In this document: positions 55,506-64,000 of the stretch, piece after piece
Position numbering within the stretch: the stretch's first letter is position 1
Layout: every line of letters begins with the position of its first letter
NCBI GenBank assembly: GCA_963748785.1
Contig: CAVVKP010000034.1
Coordinates: 31,421 to 95,420, forward strand
Origin: an uncultured Actinomycetota bacterium
GTDB lineage: Bacteria > Actinomycetota > Actinomycetes > Streptosporangiales > Streptosporangiaceae
Reading direction: 5' to 3'
Length of the DNA stretch: 64,000 bases
Made by a program: the position numbers and the translations under genes
The notes under the pieces: generated by a model
What the model was told of the DNA's origin: nothing
The model's input: only the letters and a program-made list of their open reading frames with translations
The model's database searches: none

Positions 55506-56423
55506 GTGCAAGCCCGCGATGCCGCTCACGAGGTTGCGGCGGCGGCCCTGGGCCGTGAACCCGGTCCGATGACCGCCGCCGATAGCAGTTCCCATCACGT
55601 CTACGTCAGCTCGGATGTCGTCGTGAAGGTCATCGACGCGGCCGGTCACGCGCGACTAGGCCGGGAGGTCGCACTCGCGCCTCACCTGCCCGCCGGGCTC
55701 ACTGCCCCGCTGCTGAGCAGCGGGCGGCGGCGGCTGGGGGCGCTCGACGTCCGCTACGCCTGCTACGCCCGCGTGCCGGGGACGACTCCCGGCATGGGAC
55801 TGCCCGGCGTGGACGGCGCGACCGCACGCCTGCTAGCCCGGAATGCAGTCCAGCGGCTGGGCCGGCTGCACAGCTGGACGCCACCGGCCCCCGCCGAGCA
55901 GACGCTACGCGAACCGCTCGACCATGGGGGCTTCGTCAGCCAGGCCGCGCTCCGCGCCGAGATCGCGAACCTCACGGCGGTGAACCGGGACGAGATCGTG
56001 TCCCGCCGGCTGCTCGGCGAGCTGACGGCGATAGCGGAGCGCGCACCGCTGCGCGCAGCGGCCACGGTCCCGGTTCACGCGGACTGTCACTGGGGAAACT
56101 GGCTCGCCGTCGGTCACACCGTAACGGCTCTGCTTGACTTCGAATGGGCTCGCTTCGGCGAGCCGGCCGACGACTGGTTCTTCCTGGCCCGGTTCAGCGG
56201 CCCGCACGCCCAGGCCGTCCTTGACGTCATCGCCGGCTCGACGGCGACCTCCCCGGAGGTCCTCCGGGGACAGTGCGAGCCCGCGACGCCGCCTACCTCG
56301 CTTCTGACCTCCGCGTCGAGCTTGCCCGCCCCGGCTCCCCTACCCGGACGGCTGTCGAGCGGCTGCGCGGACTCGAGGAACTCACCGTCGGACGCTACTG
56401 GTGGAGTAAGTAACGCCAGGTGA
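55506..56423 (+). CDS. Aminoglycoside phosphotransferase-like kinase (probable 3' frameshift)
   Basis: VVVK, HADCHWGN, LLDFEWAR. Confidence 0.85.
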   Translation: MQARDAAHEVAAAALGREPGPMTAADSSSHHVYVSSDVVVKVIDAAGHARLGREVALAPHLPAGLTAPLLSSGRRRLGALDVRYACYARVPGTTPGMGLPGVDGATARLLARNAVQRLGRLHSWTPPAPAEQTLREPLDHGGFVSQAALRAEIANLTAVNRDEIVSRRLLGELTAIAERAPLRAAATVPVHADCHWGNWLAVGHTVTALLDFEWARFGEPADDWFFLARFSGPHAQAVLDVIAGSTATSPEVLRGQCEPATPPTSLLTSASSLPAPAPLPGRLSSGCADSRNSPSDATGGVSNAR

Positions 56424-56444
56424 CCTGGCCGCGCACGAGGATCG

Positions 56445-59375
56445 CTAGGCGCCTTCGCGGTAGGCGATGGCGGCGGCTTCGGTGCGGCTGGCCGCGCCGA
56501 GCTTGCCGAGGATGTTGGAGACGTGGACGCTGGCCGTCTTCGGCGCGATGAACAGTTCCTTGCCGATCTCACGGTTGGACTTGCCCCTGGCGAGCAGGCT
56601 GAGTACCTCGCGTTCCCGGTCGGTCAGGGCGGCGAGCGGGCTCGGGCCGCCCGACTCCTTGCCGTGCCCGTCCCGGTTCGCGTTGCCGGGGTCAAGGCGG
56701 GCGCGGCGGGCTAGGTCGTCGAGGGCCGCGGCCAGCGGCGCCGCCCGCAGCGCGGACGCGGTGTCGCGCGCGGCGCGCCAGACGGGGACGGCGTCGTCGC
56801 GGCGGCCGGCTTCCACCAGTGCCTCGGCGAGCCGCCACTGGGTGCGCGCCGTCTCGTAGACGTAGCCGGGTCCGAACGCGGCCAGAACCCGTTCCCAGGC
56901 ATCCGGTGAGTTGGCGCCGGCGAGGCGGGCGTACTCGGCTTCGCAGCGGGCCATCCAGCCGCGGCCCTCCGGTCCCAGTACCGCCTTGGGGCGGTCGGGG
57001 TAGCGGGCGCCTTCCCTGGCCACGTCGAGCAGCGCGGCGCCGGCGGCCGCTTCGGCGTCCGCGCCTGCGGGGTCCCCGGCCATCCGCAGCCGGGCGGCCC
57101 GGTCGGCGCGGGCGGCGAGTGCGATCGCCGTTACGCGGATGACCGACGGGCTGTGGGCGGGCCAGGCGTCGGCGTTGATCGCGGCCTCGGCTTCGGCCAG
57201 GGCACCTTCGTAGTCTCCCTGCCAGAGGGCGTGCTCGGCGAGGATGCCGCGGGCGATGTAGGCGACGAAGATGTCGTCCCAGAACGGTTCTAGCCAGGTC
57301 CGGCGCTCGCCGACCGCCGGGTTGCCCCGGCCGACGTCGACGAACAGCGCCATGGCGGACAGCAGCGCCTCGGCCTGCCTGGTGACCCGGACCGGGAAGC
57401 CGTCGGCCAGTTCCTGCGCGTGGTCCCAGTCGCCGTCGGCGAAGTGGGCCTGGAAGTGCAGGTGGTGCAGGTCCAGGCCGTACGGCGCGAGGCCGAGGCC
57501 TTCCGTTTCCGCCCATTCCTCGCCCCGGTGGGCGACCTCGGCGGCCTCGGTGAGTTCGCCGCGCGACAGGCGCTCGGCGGCTAGCTGGTAGGCGGCGCGG
57601 AGCCGGACGCCGAGCGCTCCGGCCGCTCCCGCCTGCTCGGTCGCGGCGGTGAACATGCCGATCGCCTCGCTGGAGTTCCCGCTGCGCAGGGCGAGCAGCC
57701 CGTTGGTGGCGAGGGCGTCCGCCTCGACGGAGGCCGATCCGGCGATGCGGGCCGCCTCGCGGGCGCGGCCAGCCCAGTCGCGGGCGTCGTCGTCACGACG
57801 GGCTGCCATGAGCGCGATCGCGTAGGTGGCCATGGCACGGGCGCGGTACCAGGTGGGCGGCTCCTCCTGCGTCTGGCTGACGGTTGCCTCCACCACGGTG
57901 AGGGCCTCGGCGTACCACTTCACGTTCTCGCCCTGCAGCAGGTAGTAGGCGAGCCGTTCGCCGACCCGGCAGCGCAGCTCGGCGCTTTCCGCTGGCGCTC
58001 CGTCACCGGACAGCAGGTCGCGGATGCGCCGAAGCAGCTGCACGGCCCGCGGTATGTCGCCGCTGGCCGCGGCGGCCTGCGCGGACTTCAGGCCGAGCTT
58101 GCCTCGGGTCATGCCGGCGATCTGCTCCGCCGCCTCCACCCGCACCCACAGTTCCAGGGCCAGGTCGTAGTGGCGGTGCGCCTCGGCCGGGGCGCCGAGG
58201 CGCTCGGCCTCGGTGCCTGCCCGGACCGAGGCGGCGAACGCGCCGGGGATGTCGTGGCTCGCCATGCTGTGGTGCGCGACTGCGGCGGCGGCACCGGGCT
58301 TGCCGGCCAGCAGGCTGGCAAGCCGGGCGTGCAGCCGGGTCCGCTCGCCCGGCATGAGGTCGCCGTAGATGGCCTCGCGCAGCAGCGCGTGCCGGAACCG
58401 GAAACCGTCGGGCCCGTCGGGGGCAAGCAGCTGGTGGCCGGCCGCTTCGCGGACCGCCTCCTCGTAGGCGGCGTCGGGCAGGCCGCAGGCGGCCCGGACC
58501 AGGTCGTCGGAGGCGCCATCGCCGGCGACGGCCGCCGCCCTCAGCACCTGCTGCGCCGCGTCAGACACGCGTTCCACCCGGGACAGCAGCAGGGCGGCCA
58601 GCCCGGTCGGCAGCGTGCCGTCGTTGCACGACGAGGCGGTCAGCAGCTCCTCGGCGTAGTAGACGTTTCCTTCCGCCCGTTCCACCAGGGAGTTGAGGTC
58701 GGCGGCGGCGGGCTGCGGGGCACCGGGCACGTTCGCCAGGATCTCGGCCAGCGTGGCGGCGGGCAGCGGCCCCAGCTCGACCAGCGCGACGACCGGCAGC
58801 CGCAGCAGCTCCGCGATCACGCCGCGCAGCGGGTGGCGGCGGTGCAGGTCGTCGATGCGGTAGGTCCCGATGATCGCGACGCGCTCGCGGTGCAGCATCC
58901 GGGCGAGGAACGTGACCAGGTGGCGCGTGCTGGCGTCGGCCCAGTGCAGGTCCTCGATGACCAGCAGGACCGGGCTGTCCGCGGCTAGCTCGGACAGCAG
59001 GCTGAGCACGGCGCCGAACATCTGCTGGCGCGCCAGGCCCGCCCAGTCCGCCCCCTGGGCCTGCGCCTCGCCGTCAGGGAGCAGGCGGGACAGCACCGGG
59101 CGCGCCTTGACGGCCTTCTCGATGTGCGGCGGCGCGGTGCGGAACGCGTCCGCGAACGGGAGGTACGGGACGCTGTCACCGATCTCCGCGCACTGGCCGC
59201 ACAGCACGGTGAAGCCGTCGCGCTCGGCGATCTGCATCGCCTCGGCGACCAGACGGGACTTGCCGATGCCCGCGTCGCCGCTGACCAGCCCGGTGACCGC
59301 GCGCCCCGCCGCGGCGTCTTGCAGCAGGCCACGCAGCCGGTCCAGCTCCGCGTCCCGCCCTACCAGCATGCCCAT
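56445..59375 (-). CDS. Large AAA-ATPase + LuxR HTH regulator
   Basis: LVGRDAEL, GDAGIGKS, IEDLHWAD, FRHALLRE, LTDREREVL...KTASVHVSNIL.KLG. Confidence 0.93.
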   Translation of the reverse strand: MGMLVGRDAELDRLRGLLQDAAAGRAVTGLVSGDAGIGKSRLVAEAMQIAERDGFTVLCGQCAEIGDSVPYLPFADAFRTAPPHIEKAVKARPVLSRLLPDGEAQAQGADWAGLARQQMFGAVLSLLSELAADSPVLLVIEDLHWADASTRHLVTFLARMLHRERVAIIGTYRIDDLHRRHPLRGVIAELLRLPVVALVELGPLPAATLAEILANVPGAPQPAAADLNSLVERAEGNVYYAEELLTASSCNDGTLPTGLAALLLSRVERVSDAAQQVLRAAAVAGDGASDDLVRAACGLPDAAYEEAVREAAGHQLLAPDGPDGFRFRHALLREAIYGDLMPGERTRLHARLASLLAGKPGAAAAVAHHSMASHDIPGAFAASVRAGTEAERLGAPAEAHRHYDLALELWVRVEAAEQIAGMTRGKLGLKSAQAAAASGDIPRAVQLLRRIRDLLSGDGAPAESAELRCRVGERLAYYLLQGENVKWYAEALTVVEATVSQTQEEPPTWYRARAMATYAIALMAARRDDDARDWAGRAREAARIAGSASVEADALATNGLLALRSGNSSEAIGMFTAATEQAGAAGALGVRLRAAYQLAAERLSRGELTEAAEVAHRGEEWAETEGLGLAPYGLDLHHLHFQAHFADGDWDHAQELADGFPVRVTRQAEALLSAMALFVDVGRGNPAVGERRTWLEPFWDDIFVAYIARGILAEHALWQGDYEGALAEAEAAINADAWPAHSPSVIRVTAIALAARADRAARLRMAGDPAGADAEAAAGAALLDVAREGARYPDRPKAVLGPEGRGWMARCEAEYARLAGANSPDAWERVLAAFGPGYVYETARTQWRLAEALVEAGRRDDAVPVWRAARDTASALRAAPLAAALDDLARRARLDPGNANRDGHGKESGGPSPLAALTDREREVLSLLARGKSNREIGKELFIAPKTASVHVSNILGKLGAASRTEAAAIAYREGA

Positions 59376-59632
59376 GTCGCCATTATCCGCATGGGCCGAT
59401 CTCCCCGCGAACCGGCTAACACCTGGTCCGGCCGCCTGGGGCGGGCCTTCGGCGGCGGGAGGGTGCCGCCGGGCGAGGCGCGAGGGCAAGCGGGCGGGGC
59501 ACGGAGGCAGTGAGTGAGTCGCAGGTAAGGCGGCAATGTGGCGTCCGGCACAGGGGTTCTATGGATTTCTCCTGATGATCAGCGGCGGGGCTTACTGCGA
59601 GCCTGGAGGCGGAGCCGGAGGGAGATCAACAG

Positions 59633-59857
59633 ATGAGGACAACGATGCGCCGTGTCACCGGAAAGCTGGCGGACACCGTTCGCGAGATGCACGAGGCGCA
59701 GCGGCTGACGCTGGTGCTGCGGACCGCCACGGACCGGTACGTCCAGGACTCTGGTGCCGCGCCCGACACCTATGACGAATTCCTCACCAGGACGTCGGGA
59801 GTGCTGCTGCACGAGCCACCCGCCCGCAAGCGGGCCCGCAGGGCGCGGCGAGCCTGA
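59633..59857 (+). CDS. Small hypothetical protein (74 aa)
   Basis: GGAG upstream; APDTYDEFLTRTSGVLLHEPP; divergent from the LuxR regulator. Confidence 0.6.
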   Translation: MRTTMRRVTGKLADTVREMHEAQRLTLVLRTATDRYVQDSGAAPDTYDEFLTRTSGVLLHEPPARKRARRARRA

Positions 59858-59905
59858 ACGTGGCCGTCATGACGGGTCCGGCGGGAACCCGAAAGAGGCG
59901 ACCGA

Positions 59906-60901
59906 TCAAGCGGTGTGCGCGGGCAGCAGCTCCCGGACCTCTTGCGCGCAGCGGCGCGCCCGGATCCGACACCCTGCGCGAAGAAGTTCTCTGAGAACCC
60001 GGCAGGTCCTTAACGCTAATGCGGTCGTCGCCCCGGACGAGAACAGGACGGCCCTGGCCAGGTCGTGACCGGTCATGGCCGCCTCCACCGGGTCGGCCCC
60101 CCGCACGCGGGCGGCGAGGAAGCCGGCGGCGAAGGCGTCGCCCGCGCCCGTCGAATCACGGGCCGGGAGCGCTTCCGGCACTGGCACGGCCCGCGGGGAG
60201 GCGCCGGACGGGGTCACGACCGCGGGACCGGCACCGTGCTTCACGACCGTCATGATGCCGGCGAACCGCGGACCCGTAACATCCAGGAGCCGGGCTTCCT
60301 GCGCGTTGGCGAACAGGACCGCGGGCCTGATCGAGTCCACCAGTTCCAGGTAGCCGGCCAGCCCGTACTCCTCGATCATCCCCGTGGACGAGGCGTCGAG
60401 CGAGACGGGGATGCCCGCCGCCCCCGCGTGCTGGATGAGCCGCAGCACGGACGTCGCGGCGGGCTCGCCTGCGAAGCAGTACGACGGCACGTGCAGCACG
60501 GCCGCGTCTTGCAGCCACCACGCGGGCACCTCGGCCAGCTGCGCGGCGGCCGCCCGGTCCGGGTACATCGTCCGCTCGCCGTCCCGGTCGATGAGGACGA
60601 CGACCGTCCCGGTACGCGCGCGGCGCTGCACCCGCACGTCCACGCCGTGCCCGACCAGGTCGCTGGTCAGCATGTCCGCCGCCGCGTCCTCGCCGACGCA
60701 GCCGATGAACCGCGCGGGCACTAGCCCGCTGGCGAAGACGGCCACGTTGGCCGCGCTGCCGCCCCGCGAGCGGCGGATGACGCAGGAGTTGTCGGTCGCG
60801 TGCCGGGTGGGCGCCTCGGCCCAGACGACAACGTCCTCGACCAGGTCGCCGACCGTGACGAGAACGCCAGAGCCGCGGGAATCGTGATCGCTCCGGGGCA
60901 C
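59906..60901 (-). CDS. PfkB family carbohydrate kinase
   Basis: GGSAANVA, DGERTM, DSTGAGDAFAAGF. Confidence 0.9.
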   Translation of the reverse strand: MPRSDHDSRGSGVLVTVGDLVEDVVVWAEAPTRHATDNSCVIRRSRGGSAANVAVFASGLVPARFIGCVGEDAAADMLTSDLVGHGVDVRVQRRARTGTVVVLIDRDGERTMYPDRAAAAQLAEVPAWWLQDAAVLHVPSYCFAGEPAATSVLRLIQHAGAAGIPVSLDASSTGMIEEYGLAGYLELVDSIRPAVLFANAQEARLLDVTGPRFAGIMTVVKHGAGPAVVTPSGASPRAVPVPEALPARDSTGAGDAFAAGFLAARVRGADPVEAAMTGHDLARAVLFSSGATTALALRTCRVLRELLRAGCRIRARRCAQEVRELLPAHTA

Positions 60902-60904
60902 GCG

Positions 60905-61367
60905 TCACTCCTTCGGTTCGAGCGCGGCCCGCATGACGCGCAATAGCGTCGCGCGCCGGCTGCACCACTGGTCTTCGCTGGCCGTTGCCTGCCGCAGCGC
61001 CCCCGCCGCGGCGAGCCGGAAGCCGGCCACGTCCTGGCCGGACCCGTCACCGACCCGGGCCAGGTCGATCTGGCCGGCTGAGCAGTGCGCCGCTGTTGGC
61101 CGCCGCGGCCGTGTCCACCCGGTCGATGACGTCACGGCCGGCGGTCGCCGCCAGCGCGGACCTGGCCTGTTCCACCGCCCGGGCCAGGACCCGCCGAGCG
61201 CCGGCCCGGCTCAGCTCCTCCTTGGTCGCGAACCGCGTGTACAGCGTGGCCCGGGAGACGCCGGCCGCCCGGGCGATGTCCTGGATCGTCGTCTTGGCGC
61301 AGCCGTACTGGCCGAAGGTGCGCAGCGCAGCATCGAGCAGCACCTCGTCCTGGTGCTCGGCGGCCAT
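60905..61367 (-). CDS. TetR family regulator (frameshifted)
   Basis: KTTIQDIARAAGVSRATLYTRFATKEEL. Confidence 0.78.
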
Positions 61368-61376
61368 GCCCGGAGA

Positions 61377-61411
61377 TTAGACATCTAGACGTGATTCGTC
61401 AATCTGTCTAA
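61377..61411. promoter_or_regulatory. Imperfect inverted repeat, candidate TetR operator
   Basis: ttagaca-tcta-gacg-N5-cgtc-aatc-tgtctaa just upstream of tetR. Confidence 0.6.
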
Positions 61412-61557
61412 ACCCCTGGCCGTCCGTTCCGCCGCAAAGCCGGGCGGGTACAGGCAGACACTGACGCAGAATGGGCATAACGCGTAACGAGCAATGGCGG
61501 CCGCCCGGCGGGGGCTGGAGTGGTCCTGGTGGATACACCGAGAAGGCTCGGGGACAG

Positions 61558-62595
61558 ATGCGTTACCTGGATACCGACACCGCGAAGCCAGTGTCCAAGA
61601 TCGGGCTTGGCACCTGGCAGTTCGGGTCCGTGGCATGGGGTTACGGGCAGGAATACTCCAACGGGGTGGCGGCCGCGATCGTGCGGCGCGCGGTCGAGCT
61701 GGGGGTCACCCTGTTCGACACCGCTGAGCTTTACGCCGGGGGCCGCAGTGAACGCATCCTCGGCCGCGCTCTCGGCCAGGATCTGGAATCGGTCTTCCTG
61801 GCGGACAAGGTTTTCCCGGTGACGCCGGGCGGCCCGCTGGTGAAACAGCGCGCCCGGGCCAGCGCGGCCCGGCTTGGAACTTCCCGCCTGGATCTCTACC
61901 AGGTGCACTATCCGAATCCGCTCGGTGATGACAGCGCCATCATGGGCGACATTCGCTCGCTGCAGGACAGCGGGCTGGTCGATCAGGTCGGCGTCAGCGG
62001 CTACTCCACCGCGCGCTGGCGCGCCTCGGAAGCGGCGCTGGGCAGGAAAATCCTGAGCAACCAGGTGCGGTACAGCCTGGCAGACCGCTCGGCGGAGGAT
62101 GACGTACTGCCGTTCGCACAGGCGAACGGCCGCATCATTATCGCGTTCAGCCCGCTCGCTCAGGGCCTGTTGTCGGGCAGGTACCACGCCGGGGGCGCCG
62201 ATACGCCGACGGACCGCGTCCGGACGACCAGCACTCACTTCCAGCGCGATAGCTTCGCTCGCAGCGAGCAGCTGATCAACGTGCTGCGGGAAATCGGCGC
62301 AGCGCACGCCGCGACGCCCGCGCAGATCGCGCTCGCATGGACGATCCGCGATCCCGTGGTCGCCGCTATCCCCGGCGCGTCGAGCGTTGAGCAGCTGGAA
62401 AGCAACGCCGCCGCCGCGGACATCGAATTGTCCGATGGCGAGGACGAGGCGCTGCGTGCGGCGTCACGGTGGTCCCTGGATCCCGGAAGGCAGCCTTCGC
62501 CGGTGCGCCAGGACCTGTCCATGCTGAAGCACTGTGCCCGCGGCGCGCCACATCTGGCGTACATGTACTGGAACGACCTCCGGCACAGCGCTTAG
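61558..62595 (+). CDS. Aldo/keto reductase
   Basis: IGLGTWQFG, FDTAELY, DLYQVHYP, FSPLAQGLL, IPGASSVEQL. Confidence 0.92.
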   Translation: MRYLDTDTAKPVSKIGLGTWQFGSVAWGYGQEYSNGVAAAIVRRAVELGVTLFDTAELYAGGRSERILGRALGQDLESVFLADKVFPVTPGGPLVKQRARASAARLGTSRLDLYQVHYPNPLGDDSAIMGDIRSLQDSGLVDQVGVSGYSTARWRASEAALGRKILSNQVRYSLADRSAEDDVLPFAQANGRIIIAFSPLAQGLLSGRYHAGGADTPTDRVRTTSTHFQRDSFARSEQLINVLREIGAAHAATPAQIALAWTIRDPVVAAIPGASSVEQLESNAAAADIELSDGEDEALRAASRWSLDPGRQPSPVRQDLSMLKHCARGAPHLAYMYWNDLRHSA

Positions 62596-62665
62596 CCCGC
62601 GATCTGGCCCGTGGTTCCCGGGGAGCTTCCCCCGCGGCGCTGGCGCGCCCGCCCGGGAGCAGCGG

Positions 62666-63802
62666 CTACGCCGCGACGATGGCGCCCAGGATCTTGGCGG
62701 CCAGGGTCAGGTTTTCGTCCGAATGGTGCGCGTGGGCGGTCAGCCGGAGCATGGACAGGCCGTCCGGGGTGGACGGCGGGCGGAAGCAGCCGATCCGCAG
62801 ACCTTGTTCGGCGGCGGCCGCGACGGCGGCGACCGCCTCGCGCGGCCCGGGCATGGGCACCGACAGGACCGCCCCGGCGGGCGGCGCGACCCCCACGGCG
62901 CCGGCCAGGATGGCGGCGTTGCTGCGGACCTGGCCGGGCAGGTCCGGGGCGGCCTGCAGTACCCGCAGCGCGGCGAGCGCGGCGCCCGCGGCGGCCGGGG
63001 CGAGGCCGGTGTCGTAGATGAACGGCCGGGCCCGGTTGACCAGGTGGTCGCGGACCGCGGGAGAGCCGAGCACCAGGCCGCCCTGGGAGCCGAATGACTT
63101 CGACAGCGTCGCCGTCGCGACGACGTCGGGGCGGCCGGCCAGGCCGTGCGCGGCGAGCAGCCCGCTGCCGCCGGGGCCGGCCACGCCGAGCGCGTGGGCC
63201 TCGTCGGCGATGAGCACCGCGTCACGGGCCGCGACGACCTCGGCCAGCGCCGCCAGCGGCGCGGCGTCGCCGAGGACGGAGTAGATGGTCTCGGCCAGCA
63301 CCAGCGCCCGGCGCTCGGCCCGGCCCGCCAGGGCCCGGGCGACGGCGGCGACGTCGTTGTGCGGGGTCACGGTCACGGTCGCCCGGGTGAGCCGGCAGGC
63401 ATCGATCATCGAGGCGTGGATGTGCGCGTCGGAGACGATGAGCGTGTCCGGGTCGGCCAGCGCCTGCACGACGGACAGGTTGGCGTGGTAGCCGGTCGAG
63501 CAGGCCAGCGCGGCCGGGAAGCCGGCGAACGCGGCCATCTCCCGCTCCAGCTCGGTGTGGATCGACAGCGTCCCGGACACCAGCCGGGAGGCCCCGGCCC
63601 CGGCCCCGTAGGCCTGGGCGGCCGCCACCGCCCCGGCCACCACCCGGGGGTCGCGGGCGAGCCCAAGGTAATCGTTGCCCGCGAGGTCGAGCAGGTCTTC
63701 GCGATCGGCGGGCACGAGCCGCCTGGCCAGGCCGCGGGCGGCCCGGTCGGCCGCCTGCGCCGACAGCCAGGCCGGGAAGCTGGACTCATTCACCGGGTTC
63801 AT
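62666..63802 (-). CDS. bioF: 8-amino-7-oxononanoate synthase
   Basis: GNDYLGL, GASRLVSG, DEAHALG, TLSKSFG, FRPPS. Confidence 0.94.
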   Translation of the reverse strand: MNPVNESSFPAWLSAQAADRAARGLARRLVPADREDLLDLAGNDYLGLARDPRVVAGAVAAAQAYGAGAGASRLVSGTLSIHTELEREMAAFAGFPAALACSTGYHANLSVVQALADPDTLIVSDAHIHASMIDACRLTRATVTVTPHNDVAAVARALAGRAERRALVLAETIYSVLGDAAPLAALAEVVAARDAVLIADEAHALGVAGPGGSGLLAAHGLAGRPDVVATATLSKSFGSQGGLVLGSPAVRDHLVNRARPFIYDTGLAPAAAGAALAALRVLQAAPDLPGQVRSNAAILAGAVGVAPPAGAVLSVPMPGPREAVAAVAAAAEQGLRIGCFRPPSTPDGLSMLRLTAHAHHSDENLTLAAKILGAIVAA

Positions 63803-64000
63803 CGAGTGACCAGGGTAGGTCCCCGGCCGCGGAAGCGCCGAATCGGCCGTTGGGCGCAGCTGCCCGCCGGGCCCCGACCCGGCCGGGCGCCCGCTGCAGG
63901 CATCAGTGCTTGCCGGGCCGTCGGGGCGCGGTTAGCCCGGGCTGCTGGCCCGGTGTGGGCACGCCGTCGTGATGATGAGTGATTGTGCTCTTGGCCGCCG

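Overview
High-GC actinomycete chromosomal segment; the gene content suggests a Streptosporangiales-like organism (inference only). Many otherwise intact genes carry single-base frameshifts, most likely long-read consensus errors. Content is mostly metabolic and regulatory: menF, two glycolipid glycosyltransferases, mgtE-like/DUF1003, a glutaryl-CoA dehydrogenase, nei, a LacI/sugar-ABC/GDE-like cluster, yaaA, pdhABC, an ECF sigma with an MFS pump, rifampin monooxygenase with its RAE, nagB/RpiR around a decayed ABC operon, a large LuxR-AAA regulator and bioF. No rRNA, tRNA or CRISPR array was seen. The most notable observations are: (1) a frameshift-hidden NYN/PIN RNase + Zn-ribbon + FHA protein (25747-26956); (2) a stand-alone class II aminoacyl-tRNA-synthetase-like catalytic domain (4732-5664); (3) an IS982-type transposase and a NUDIX gene enclosed together by perfect 23-bp inverted repeats containing CTAG (8052-9656); (4) four co-oriented exact copies of an intergenic 17-mer; (5) ArsR-like boxes near a Cys-degenerate orphan ArsR. 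Start codons and frameshift positions are manual estimates.
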